From assembly GCF_009914755.1 (NCBI RefSeq), contig NC_060934.1: a stretch of 64,000 nt of DNA. The stretch is one strand, 5' to 3'. The translations under genes were made by a program, and so were the position numbers. Source of the DNA: the human T2T-CHM13v2.0 reference genome, Homo sapiens. The first letter of the stretch is position 1; every line of letters begins with the position of its first letter. Under the pieces are notes generated by a model, which made no database searches, was not told the DNA's origin, and saw only the letters and a program-made list of their open reading frames with translations. This document shows, piece after piece, positions 45,281-61,667 of the stretch.

Positions 45281-47719
45281 CTTTCAGAATCTGTCTTCAG
45301 GCCTCCAGATAAGGACCAGATTATCTCATTTTGCTCTCTTATACAAACATACACACTTGGATATTCCAATAATCTCCATGCCACGGAGCCCCCATCAAAC
45401 TGCTGAAAGACTTCAGGGAAAGAATAATAAGATGTAAAGCAATCAATTTTATGTAGAGCTATGCTAAGAAAATGAATAGCTTAGTTCCCAATAACTGTAC
45501 CATTTGAAGCTCATAAGCACAATAAGGACAGCAACACTAATAGAATAAATTTTTTCATAATCTTCTCCACATATAAATTTCAATCATTGTATTTCAGTAC
45601 TATATAATAAGTATCTTAAAAAGTAATAGGTATTTATGAGGGGAGGGGAGCAGAAACAAGCAGAAGAAAGTTTTTAGATATAAACAATAGCAGAAGAGAC
45701 CCAATTAAGGCAGAGTGGCCATAGACAGCATCTCTGAGAAGAGGCCGTACCACCCTCAACCCGATTCCTTTCCAAAGCCGCTCCTTCGATTGAAGAAAAG
45801 CCTATACAGTTATTTGTCACTTCTCACCATTTGTAATTAATATCTTCTAAATAATAAATCCTGTACAAAGAAAAATTTAAGCCCTCATCCTTTATAATGA
45901 AAAACATTGACTAAAATTTTTAAATATAAATTTTTCTAGTTTCTACTCAAGAAAGTTTTCTAAAATCTTGAGGTTCCATGTTACTTCCAATGTTATTTTA
46001 TTGCACATTTTATTTAACAACTGATGAACAGTGAGCTCATTCATCTAGGTATTTGGGGGTTCTCTCTCACCAAAACATTAATCAAACAAAATATAATTTG
46101 CTTGAATATCTGAATAGGCAAACTGATGTTCTCTATGTTCAACCAGCAAATATATTACACAAGCCAAGCAAGTAAAGCAATAATTTCAATTGATTTTATT
46201 GGTACATTTGGGAGAGAGAGAAAATATAGCTGGCAGTGAAAGATTATACTATCAATTTTAGACTTTTCAGAACATGTGGTATTTATGTCTGAAAAGTAGC
46301 TACAGACATATCAAGTAGCATTTGTGCAAATATGGAGTCATTTATAGGCAATTACAGTAAAGGAACTCTGGCCAAGTTGCTTAATAGAGTACTCTGAATT
46401 TTATTTTTTATATGTCATCATCAAAATGCAAGTCCTAAGTGATCACCAACATGTCATCATTGTTATTGTAGCTGCTGTTGTCCTTATGGCTTAGGGCCTC
46501 CAGGTTGGTTCTACAAAGCTAATTAAACAGATCTTATTCTAGAAATGATGTGTGATTGGATTTCTCACTGCCACCATCTCCTTGTCCCCATCCTCATAGA
46601 AAACATGCTTTCATGAAACACATTTTTTCAGCTTAAAAAATTAAGGGAAGAATAATATTTTATATAATTGGAGAAAATCAAGCCTAGAAAATAATCAAAT
46701 TCACATTTGAAATTCCCTTTGGCTTTCTGAGGCTAGGTCCTTGTACATGGTTCACAATTTCCATCAATTTAAATTTATTATTTTATTTGATTACTCATAC
46801 TCAAGGAACTGTATTGTTTGTTACATTCCTCAACAATGTCTGGCAACTAGATATTTATCTTCCCAAAATATATGTAGAAACATAAATATTTCATTTGAAA
46901 TTTAGAAATAATTTTGTATTTTTAAGTTGGTATAAATATTAATGCCATAATGTAAACATACTTTAAAAGATTATGATTTGTATGCTTATAATCATATATT
47001 TGTTCCATTTTATTACGTAAAATAATTTAATTTTTTCACACGGAATTACCAAAGAATAATGGTAATGGAGAAAGACCTACTCCTGGAAATGAATGCATAA
47101 TACTGATAAATATAAAGTGATGGTGAACTTAATGAATCTTTATAAACGTAAAGAATATTGAAGAGAAAATGAACTTGACTGCTGTATGTCTGTCACTGAT
47201 AAAGCCTGAGAAATAAAGCAGACAAAAGAAAAAGCCAAAAAAAGAAAATATCTATTTTTTCAAGCCAGATATATGTACAGACATTGTTGGGTTTATCAGA
47301 GTCATATTTGTTTTATTTCTTAGATTTGGTTGTCCAAGTCCAATCATATATTAACTAGTCATAAAATGATTGATATGAGGCTGAATTTAAATCAGCAATG
47401 AAATTCTTCATTCATGACAGTCATGACTGTCACTTTTCACTGACCAAAGGTCTCATAGTAAAAATATTTTTGGAAGGGACATTTTCTGCCCTCTCACTAG
47501 CAAAATAACATTGATAAGCTGACATTAGTTCACAGGTCTTAGATGATCAGAAAAATGCCTTATCCAAATGTTTTTCAAGTGTTTTCTAATGTAAAGTCAT
47601 AATTATCCTGGAATTGATTGAATATGTTTTAAATCAATAAGCTAACTAAGTGAGAATATTCATTCCTGAGTGTGTTCTTACCATGATACTTAATCATACT
47701 AAGGCTAATCAGTACCATC

Positions 47720-48230
47720 AGCCACTCATTCCACTTCTTTTTTTAAAGCACTGTACATGGGGTTGGCATTGTGCTAAGATCAAAGTAAATCAACCAAGTT
47801 GATTTTATTTGTTTATTTGTTTTCTCTCAAAGAGCTTACAGTCTGTTGGTACAGATAAGTAGGTGAAAGCAAAAAGTTATCGTAATATAGTGTATTCAGC
47901 ACTATGTACAAACACAGTAGAACAGCCTACGTTTGAAAGGAATGACACATTTTGCCAGGCAATGAGACACCATTGCTCAGTTTTGGAAGAAAAAAATGAA
48001 TTAGCTAAGAAACAATACAGAGCATATACAGGACATAGAGACAGCATTAAGATAAAAATGAACTACTTTGGGGAGTGGTAAAGTTATATTGAGGCTGATA
48101 CGTAGAGTTTAAGAAACAGAATGCTGGCTAGAGAGGTAGGCAGGGGCCATATCATGGAGGAATGTATGCACCAGGGTGAAGGCTTAAAGTTTGTCCCGGA
48201 GGCTAGTGTGAGTAGGGCTAACAGGATTCT
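47720..48230 (-). mobile_element. L2 3' end
   Basis: CTCTCAAAGAGCTTACAGTCT; GAGAGGTAGGCAGGGGCCATATCATGGAGG. Confidence 0.7.
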
Positions 48231-48932
48231 TTAAACTACAAGATATATGTTTTTACCGAAAAATGTTTCTAGTGGCCCAGCACAGGGTTCAACACGGCAC
48301 TTTAGTTGCCCTCATTACCTTTACCTTTTCCATATTCTGATAAAATATTTCTTTAAAAAATGGTGAAGTAGAAAATTTATCTTGATATTAGAGACTGTGC
48401 AAGAGAGGCTTACAACTACCAGAATTTAAAAAATAATTTCTATAACATTTGACAAACAAGTTAAAGAAAAGACATACTAAAATCATTCAGAAAAATGTGA
48501 AATAGTTTTACATATGACTGGTGAAGGTTTATCCAAATAATGCAACAATAGTTCTTAATGTATCACATGTAATTCACCTTTGCAACAGATTATGAAGTAG
48601 AACCATATAAGCATCTTATGAGAAAACTTAATCCTTTCTTCCTAGGGTCAGGAAAAAGGCAAAAAACTCTCTTTCACTTATTCTACTTGATTGGGTAATG
48701 GAAGTCTTAGTGCAAAAATTTAAGACAAGGAAATAAAAAATATTGTATTGCTAGAATCTATAATTGTCTACATAGAAATCCAAAATAGTCCACACAAAAA
48801 CGCCACTGGAACTAATAAGTGCATTTAGGTTATTATCAGAATACAAATTCAATGTACAAAAATAATTTTAATAAATAATTCAAAACTAAAACTGAAATAA
48901 ACAAGAAACAGCAAAAACAAAAACAACAATTA

Positions 48933-49679
<747 letters not shown>

Positions 49680-50034
49680 TAAACGATTAGCTTGCTGTGG
49701 TGGTGTGCACCTGTAGCTCTAGTTACTTAGGAGGCTGAGGCGGGAGGATCACTTGAGCAGTGAGCTGTGATCTCATGATCTCGCCATGTACTACCGTCTG
49801 GGCAACAGAGCAAGTCTCCATCTCTTAAAAAAATTATTATTTATATTGGCAACAAAACCCCTGAAATACCAGTATATACATATAACAAGATGTGTGGATT
49901 AGTGTTATGCTTAACAAACGTCAAAAAAGATGTTGAAAAATATACCGTTTTCACATAGTGTAGGCTCATATTGCTAAGATATTAACTCTCCCAAAATTGA
50001 TTTCTAGGTCAAATGGAATCCCAGTAATAACTGA

Positions 50035-50520
50035 ATAACTGTTCAGTAAGTGGGCTCAAAAGCAGAATGGCAGTAACAGAGGAAAATATCTGTAAAATGG
50101 AACATGAAACAATAAATGTTTCCCAATCCCAAAACGGAATATAATGAAAGATCTAACTTCCATATCACTGGAGTTCTGGAAAGAGAGGAGAAAGAGAGAA
50201 TGACTAGAAAAGTACTAAAAGACTAAGAACTGAAAGACTAAAAATTTACCAAATTTGACAAGAGACATACAACTATAGTTTCAAGAAGATGAGCAAACCC
50301 CAAACAAAATAAACCCAATGAAATCTATGCCAAGATATATCACACAGAATTACACTTCTAAAAACCAAAGACAAATACAAAAATATTTAAAGCAGCCAGA
50401 GAAAAATAACATCTTATCTGTCAGTAAAAAAATCAATTTGAATGACAGAAAATGTTTTATCCGAAACCAAGTAGGTCAGAAAGAAATGGCAAAATATTCT
50501 CCAAGTGCTAAAAGAAAAGG
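50035..50520 (+). mobile_element. L1M ORF1 fragment
   Basis: GAAAGATCTAAC..CACTGGAGTTCTGGAAAGAGAGGAG; TTAAAGCAGCCAGAGAAAAA. Confidence 0.7.
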
Positions 50521-51734
50521 CATTGACCCTTTAAAATGAAAAAGTGCACTGCATTTGGGGTAAAAATAAACAAGCAAACAAATAAACAGATAAGGAATCC
50601 CTAGTGTATCTTACTAATTTTTTATTAGAATATAGTCAGCATGTATTTACCTATTTCTAATGCAGACAGGATTTCAATAGCCTAAAAACCAGCTTGCCTA
50701 AGACTTATGGTTTCCAGATTTCTGTGCTTCTTTGCCTGACATTTTATACATATTTAATCATTGCAATTTCATTTAGTTGGTATTTTTATTATATTATTGT
50801 GTTAATAGGTAAAATTAATATTTATAATTACATAATTCTGAGAGATGTCATAAAAACTGCAATTTTTTATTCCATTCCCATCTAGCTGTATTGTTGAGAA
50901 AAGAACTGTTCTTACTTTTAGTGACCTTTTACAATGCTATTTTAAGCTTTTAAATTAATAAGGCATAGGGTAATATGACCACATACTGGATAGCTTGTCT
51001 TTAGACATTAAGAAATATGGCATACTTTTTCCCGTTTATTTTAAAATCTTCCACTTCTCTGGGTAAGTGAACACGATTATTTAAATGCTCAAGTGAGCAA
51101 TTTTACACATGCAAAATGTAAATCCATGGAATAAACATATTCATTTATACTTTGTGATATGCAATTATTTTAAATACTATGGTTACTTTAAAGCATATAT
51201 TAAAACCACACACGTCAGCTTATATAATAGCCATGAAAAGCAATTCATGACTAAAGGACATAAAGTTACATGAAATAAATAGAGCAGGAAGCTCTAACAT
51301 ACGGTGGAAGTTTAAGAGATCAATAACTTTGATGGGAAGGTGGAAGGGAGACAAGAGACAAATTTCTTTCAAGCCTTTGTGTAGCATTGATATTGTATGT
51401 GCTTACGGTGTGCAAATAATAAGTTCCAGGCGGATTGCTGATAGAGGTGAGAAAAGATATTACATTTGCCTTCAATCACCATTTCCCACACCGGCAGCCC
51501 TTCACCATATATGAATGCCTGTGAGTATGGCTAAGTTTAGAGTATCTGTAACACTGCAAGTTGTTATTGTGATCTCCACGCAGCACTGAAAACATCTTCT
51601 TTCAATGCCTTTACTTCTACTTGATTTGTGTTTATTATATGTCTCTCATCTGTAAATAAATACTTAGGTTTCTTTATTCCTTGAGTTCTTTTTAAGTGGG
51701 GATGAGTTAACCATGTATATGCCAAACAAAACGT

Positions 51735-52216
51735 GCTTACTTTGTCAAATAGGTATTCGTACATCCATGCTTATTGTAGTCTTTGCACAATTGTCAAGAG
51801 ATAGAAGCAACTCAAATGTCGGTGGAAAGATTAATGGATAAAGACAATGTAGTATATACATACAATGGGTTATTATGCATCCTTACAAAAAAAAAAGAAT
51901 ATCTCGTCACATGCTACAACATGAATGAAACTCAAGGATATTATGCAAAGTGAAATTAGTTACAAAAAGACAAATAGTTTTATCCCACTTGTATGAAGTG
52001 TAAAGTAGTCGAAATAATAGAAACAGAAAGTTAGAAAGGTGATTGCCAATGGCTGGAGGGGGTAGGGGATTAGTGTTTAATGGGTCCAGAGTTTCAAGAT
52101 TAGAAAGTTCTAGAGATTTGTGCACAATGGGAATTTAATTAACGGACTGAAATGTACACTTAAAAATTGTTAAGATGGTAAATTTAATCTTGTATATTTT
52201 ACCACAATAAAAAATA
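51735..52216 (+). mobile_element. L1MB 3' end
   Basis: CACATGCTACAACATGAATGAAAC..TACACTTAAAAATTGTTAAGATGG..TACCACAATAAAAAA. Confidence 0.85.
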
Positions 52217-53179
52217 ATTTCTGTAAGAGTAACAATGCTATGATTAATTTAATTGTTGCCAAATAGATTAGATTTTTCAGATTTATTATAGTATTCAATA
52301 ACAATCGATATTGGAAGCCTTAATTCCTTACATGTATAGTGTATCTTGCTCTCAGCCTCAATTCTGATTTATATTTACTATAAGAATGGGGGGTTTCATT
52401 TCTGAAAACTCACATTTGGCATCTGGCCTAATTTATAAAACTTCTAATAATATGACTTAATGTTATTGCATTATGAGTTGCATTAAGGCAACTCCAGAAA
52501 TATTGAGTCAATGCATTTCATTCAAAGTGAAATAAATGCTCTCAAAATAATAGGTACTGTTTGTTATATATGTTTGCATGCATATACAGCAAACTATATC
52601 TTAACTAAAATATTAAAAATCATTTAACTGAATTGTAAGAAATAATAACATTGATATGATGATAAAGAGTTTAGCCTCTAGCTTCCTTCCAAATCACTGT
52701 ATACAATCTGAGAACACATAACTCCCCCAAATATAGATGTTGTCATTTAGAAAGTGGCATAAAAGAAGTACATGAAAATGAGCCAAATGCTCTTTATTCC
52801 AAGACAGCACTATCAGTTAGCTAGAGGCAGTATGTGACTTTGAAGAACATACTTTATAAAACACAGAGAGTCATATTTTAAAGAGTAATGTCTACAATAC
52901 CTCTTAGTAAAGAGTTTGGTATAGGAAAATCTTAAATGTGATTTGCTGGACTAATGCTTGAATTTCAAGATATTGATAAGAGACAGTGTTAATAGTATTT
53001 TGCACACATGATTTCCTCCCCCTAATTTAGGTGAATATATTTTTCTCATTCAGAAATATTATTAAACATATATTTTTCTAATATATAATATATATATCCT
53101 GTGTTAAATACTATTTGTGTATCTAAAAAAAAAAGAAAAAGACTTCAAATTTTTAACTCTGAACTCTACATCTGTAAAT

Positions 53180-53600
53180 GTAAAAGCCTAAAACAAATTT
53201 GTTAGGCCAAAACACAAAAGCAGGAGAATTTTTCAGCTTAGATGAGAGAAGCACACCTGGCTTCAGACATACATAGAATAAGGAGTTCAAATGATGTTTT
53301 TTTAAAGATTCTTGATTTCCGTCTCAGAGTTCTGCTTCCAACACTCTTTGCCTAATTTGGGTGGTTACTGCAATGACCCAATGGCAAGTTTAATATTCAT
53401 CATCTCAGCCCTGAGAAACTAATGCTGAGCACTACCTAGTTCACGTGTTGTCTATCATTATATCAATTTCTATGTCCAGAGATACTGAATATCCTGATTA
53501 ATTTGAATCTCATATCCATCCTTGCTATTCAAAGATTATCAGAGTGCTGCCCTGAGAAGTAAAAAGGAATTTTATTAACATAAGACAGAGGATGAGATGT
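53180..53600 (-). mobile_element. Old MLT1 (J/K-like) LTR fragment
   Basis: CTGGCTTCAGACATAC..GGAGTTCAAATGATGT. Confidence 0.4.
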
Positions 53601-54117
53601 TGGATAAAGTGGAAAAATACAGGGCCAAAAGGGCAGCTAAAATATGGCAAAAATATACATAAACACAAAACAAGACAACATGTTATATGACTTCAGGAGT
53701 GGCACAAGCATAAGTCAAGAATTCTCAGATATGAAAAAACATTTCAGAATGAGATAATAAAGAAAGAAATTAGGAGGTTTGTATTATTCTGGGTGTATCT
53801 TAAAAGACAATATTTCAATAGGCAAATATGGAAAGATAATTTTAAACAGAGTGAAGTACAAAACATGGTAAAGCACAGATGTGAGGGAAAGGTTTAGTTG
53901 TTTAGTTCATTGTTTTTAAGTAAGAGAGAAAGTGAAACATGTCAAAGCTATGTAACTTTCAGCCGAATGCATTTTAAAGGGCTGACTTCTGTTTTTACCC
54001 ATGAGGGAGGAGAAGTTACTCCACCATTATACAGCAAAATGTGGGGCTTAATCAGGATTTCAAGTTTGGTTTAACATTTTTTAAAAATCAGTAAATATAA
54101 TATACCATATTAATGAA

Positions 54118-54744
54118 TTGATGAGGAGTTGCTTCTAATGGGTAAGCCAATAAGTGATATCTTAATATGGACTCTATTCCTGGTGAAGTTGCTGTGAACA
54201 TTGTTGACATGACAATAAAGTATTTACAATACTCTGTATCCTTAGTTGGTAAAGAAGTGGCAGCAGGGTCCGAGAGGATTGACTCTAGTCTTTAAAGAGG
54301 TTCTAATGTGGATAAAGTGCTGTGAAACAGCATCACATGCTACAGAGAAATTATTTGTGGGAGGAAGAATCAATCAATGTGGCTAACTGCACCGTCAACT
54401 GATTTTAAGAAATCACCACAGCCTCCCCAATCTTTAGCAACAATCATTCTGATCAGCCAGTAGCCATCAACATCAGGGCAAGACCATCTAACAGCAAAAA
54501 GATTATAACTCACTGAAGGCTCAGATTATTGTTGGACCTTTTTAGCAGTAAAGTATTTTAAAAATTTAGGTATATAAATTTTTGGACATAATACTACTGC
54601 ACACTTAATAGACAATAGTAGAGTGTAAGCATAACTTTTATATACCTAAAAAAACCAAATAATTCATGTAACTAATTTATTGCACTATTTGCTTGCTAGT
54701 GGTGGTCTGAAACCAAAATCCCAGTATCTGTGAGGTATGCTTAT
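54118..54744 (+). mobile_element. Tigger1 3' portion
   Basis: GATGAGGAGTTGCTTCT..AAACAGCATCACATGCTACAGAGAAAT..ATCTGTGAGGTATGCTTATA (right TIR). Confidence 0.9.
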
Positions 54745-54749
54745 AGTTG

Positions 54750-57818
<3,069 letters not shown>

Positions 57819-58655
57819 TATTTTTTTATTTAACTTTAACTTCGGGGGAACAGATGCAGATTTGTTATATAGGTAAACTTGTGTCACGGGGGTTTGTTGT
57901 ACAAATTATTTTGTCATTAGGATGGTGGCCCTCTTCTTACAGCTCCACTAGGCAGTGCCCCAGTAAGAACTCTGTCTGGGTGCTCCTACCCCACATTTTC
58001 CTTCTGCACCACCCTAGCAGAGAGGTTCTCAATGAGGGCCCTTCCCCTGCAGCAACTTCTGTATAGGCATCCAGGCATTTCCATACATCTTCTGAAATCT
58101 AGACAAAGGTTCTCAAATCCCAGTTCTTGACTTCTGTGCACTTGCAGGCTCAACACCATATGGAAGCTGCCAAGGCTTGGGGCTTGCACCCTCTGAAGCT
58201 ACGGTCTGGAGCTCTACATTGGCCCCTTTCAGCCATGTCCAGAGTGGCTGGGATGCAAGGCACCAAGTCCCTTGGATGTGCACAGCACGCAGACCGTGGG
58301 CCTGGCCCATGAAACCACTTTTTCCACCTAGGCCTCCAGGTCTGTGATGGGAGGGGCTGGTTTGAAGACCTCTGACATGACCTGGAGACATTTTCCCCGT
58401 TGTCTTGGTGATTAACATGTGGCTCCTCCTTACTTACGCAAATTTCTGCAGCTAGCTTGAATTTCTCCTCAGAAAATGGAATTTTCTTTTCCATTGTATT
58501 GTCAGGTTGCAAATTTTCCAAACTTTTATGCTCTGCTTACCTTATAAAACTGAATACCTTTAACACCACCCAAGTCACCTCTTGAATGCTGTGGTGCTTA
58601 TAAATTTCTTTGGTTAGATACCCTAAATCATCTCTCTCAAGTTGAAAGTTCCACA

Positions 58656-58951
58656 GGCCAGGTGCAGTGGCTCATGCCTGTAATCTCAGCACTTTGGGAG
58701 GCCAAGATGCATGGATCACCTGAGGTCAGGAGTTCGAGACCAGCCTGGCCAACATGGTGAATCCCTGTCTCTACAAAAAATATGAAAATTAGCTGGGCAT
58801 GTTGGTGTGCATCTGAAATCCCAGCGCTACTCAGGAGAGTGAGGCGAGAGAAGCACTTTAACCTGGGAAGCAGAGGCTGCAGTAAGCTGAGATTGCATCA
58901 TTGTACTCCAGCCTGGGTGACAAGAGTGAGACGGAAAGAAAGAAAGAAGGA

Positions 58952-59027
<76 letters not shown>

Positions 59028-59029
59028 AA
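58656..59029 (+). mobile_element. AluS with expanded (GAAA)n tail
   Basis: GGCCAGGTGCAGTGGCTC..; inserted in THE1-int. Confidence 0.95.
58934..59029 (+). repeat. (GAAA)n microsatellite, ~23 units with one GAAG interruption
   Basis: Directly visible. Confidence 0.98.
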
Positions 59030-59362
59030 TGAATTCCATAAATCTCTAGGGCAGGGGCAAGGGGCAAAATGCCTCCAGCCTCTTTGCTAAAACATGACGA
59101 GTCACCTCTGCTTCAGTTCCCAATAAGTTCCTCATCTCCATCTGAGACTACTTCAGTCTAGATTTCATGGTCCATATCATTAACAGCATTTTGGTCAAAG
59201 CCATTCAGCAAGTCTCTAGGAAACTCCAAACTTTCCCACATTTCCCTGTCTTCTTCTGAGCCCTCCAAACTGTTTCAACCACTGCCCATTACCCAGGTCC
59301 AAAATCGCTTCCATATTTTCAGGTATCTTCAGCAGCACCCCACTCTATTGATACCAATTTAC

Positions 59363-59721
59363 TGTATTAGTATGTTTTCACACTGCTGATAAAGACATAC
59401 TGGAGACTGAGCAATTTACAAAAGAAAGAGGTTTAATTGGACTTACAGTTCCACATGGCTGGGGAAGCCTCACAATCCTGGTGGAAGGCAAGGAGGAGTA
59501 AGTCACATCTTAACGTGGATGGCAACAGGCCAAAAATGAGAGAGCTTGTGCAGGGGAATGCCTCTTTTTAAAACCATCAGATCTCATGAGACTTATTCAC
59601 TATTACAAGAACAGCATGGGAAAGACTTGCCCCCATGATTAAATTACCTCCCACCAGTTCCTTCCCACAACACATGGAATTCAAGATGAGATTTGGTTGA
59701 GGACACAGCCAAACCATATCA
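59363..59721 (-). mobile_element. THE1 (A/B/C-like) 5' LTR
   Basis: TGTATTAGTATGTTTTCACACTGCTGATAAAGACATAC..GGACACAGCCAAACCATATCA. Confidence 0.93.
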
Positions 59722-60246
59722 AGCATGGAATGTTTTCCCATTTGTTTGTGTCATCTCTGATTTCTTTGAGCAGTGCTCTGTAGTTCTTCTTGTAGAGATC
59801 TTTCACCTCCCTAATTAGCTGTATTTCTAGTATTGTATTCTTTTTGTGGCAATTGTGAATGGGATTGGGTTCCTGATTTGGCTATTGGCTTAAACTGTTG
59901 TTGGTGTATAGGAATGCTAATGATTTTTGCACATTGATTTTGTATTTTGAGACTTTGCTGAAGTTGTTTATCAGCTTAAGAAGGTTTTGAGCTGAGACTA
60001 TGGGGTTTTCTAGATAAAGGACAATGTCCTCTGCAAGCAGAGATAGTTTTACTTCCTCTCTTTCTATTTGAATCCCTTTTATTTCTTTCTCTTGCCTGAT
60101 TACTCTGGCCAGGACTTCCGGTACTATTTTGAATAAAAGTGGTGAGAGAGGGCATCCTTGTCTTGTGCTAGTTTTTAAAAAGTATACTTCCAGCTTTTTC
60201 TTATTTAGTATGATGTCTGTAGGGTTGTTATAAATGGCTCTTATTA

Positions 60247-60305
60247 TTAGGTTGGTGCTATTAAAGATAATGTCAAAAGCTGCAATTACTTTTGCACCAA
60301 TCTAA
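60247..60305. mobile_element. MADE1 mariner MITE with the left TIR partly deleted
   Basis: TTAGGTTGGTGC..GCAATTACTTTTGCACCAATCTAA. Confidence 0.88.
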
Positions 60306-61029
60306 ATATTTTGAGATATGTTCCTTTAATACCCAGTTTTTTGAGAGCTTTTAGCATGAATGGCTGTTGAATGTTATCAAAAGCCTTCTCTGCATCTATT
60401 GAGATAATCACGTGATTTTTGTCTTTAGTTCTGTTTCTTTGATGAATCACACTAATGGATTTGTGTATGTTGAACCAACTTGAATCTCAGGGATAAAGTT
60501 TACTCGATCATGGTCGATAAGTTTTTGATGTGATTTCGTTTGCCAGTATTTCATTGATGATTTTTGCATTTATGTTCATCAAAGAAATTGGCCTGAAGTT
60601 TTCTTTGTTTGTTGTGTCTCTGCTAGGTTTTGGTATCAGGATAATGCTGGTTTCATAGAATGAGTTAGGGAGAAGTTCGTTCTCCTCAGTTTTTGAAGTA
60701 ATTCTAGGAGGAGTGGTTTCAGTTCTTCTTTGTACATCAGGTAGAACTCAGCTGTGAATCCTTCTGGTCCTGGGCTTTTGGAGGTTCATAAGTTTTTTAT
60801 TACTAACTATATTTCAGAGCTTGTATTGGTCTGTTCAGGGATTCAATTTCTTCCTGGTTCTGTCTTGGAAGGGTGTACATGTCCAGGAATTTCTTCATTT
60901 TTTCTAGATTTTCTAGTTTCTGTGCATAGAGGTGCTCATAATATTCTCTGATAACTGTTTGCATTTCTGGGGGAGTCAGTGGTAATATCCCCCTTGTCGT
61001 TTCTGATTGTGTTTATTTGAATCTTTTCT

Positions 61030-61667
61030 CTTTTTTAGATGGGGGGGCACAGACAGCAAGTTTATTTGGTGAATGCTGACGGCAAAAATCATCCAAGAGA
61101 GACAAGATGGGAAAGGTGCTATGACAAGAGAGTCTAGGGAACCTTCAGGACAGATAAAAAATCCAACACAGGGAAAAACATGGGCTCTGGGGAAACTGGG
61201 AAGGTCCTCAGCCATTTGGCACCATGCAGATGAGCTCTTCCTAGTTAATACAACCAATGTTATCCTCGTGCCCTGCCCCTAGCATGTCTACTTCTTCCTC
61301 TGTCATCTTCTCACCCAGTGTGACAAGAATATGCCAGATTTCAGCACCCATGACCGTGCCATTTCCTTCCTTGTCAAACACCTAAGTCCTTTGACATAAT
61401 CCTCATAGATGCCCTGGTCCTTGTTTTTGGCCACCACCATCTGCAGCATGGGCAGAAAGTGCTCAAAGTTCAGCACCTTCACATTCATTTCATCTTGGAG
61501 CTCCCCAGGACTTTGGGCACCTCAGTGTTGGTGAATTTCTGGCCCAGGGCCCTCATCATGTCCCCACGCTGGCTGTACAGGATCTTGCCATCACCTGTTC
61601 AGTCAAACAGCTGGAAGGCCTCCTTGAACTCTGCAGTGTGGTCCTCAGTGAAGCCACACGTCTTGAT
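61030..61667 (-). pseudogene. MYL6: Processed pseudogene of myosin light chain 6 (former CDS 61661-61208)
   Basis: Intronless [47 protein letters not shown]..; ATG>ACG, stops and frameshifts; 3' UTR with AATAAA (61061-61066) and short A-tail. Symbol is the parent gene. Confidence 0.96.

Larger units (their letters stand above)
57919..59362 (-). mobile_element. THE1 internal region, partial
   Basis: AGGATGGTGGCCCTCTTCT..; ORF 58150-58521 (ENLQPDN..EKKIPFSEEKFK) is typical of THE1-int. Confidence 0.92.

Noticed and set aside
58782-59090. ORFs with KKER/FLSF repeats
   Set aside because: Translation of the (GAAA)n microsatellite
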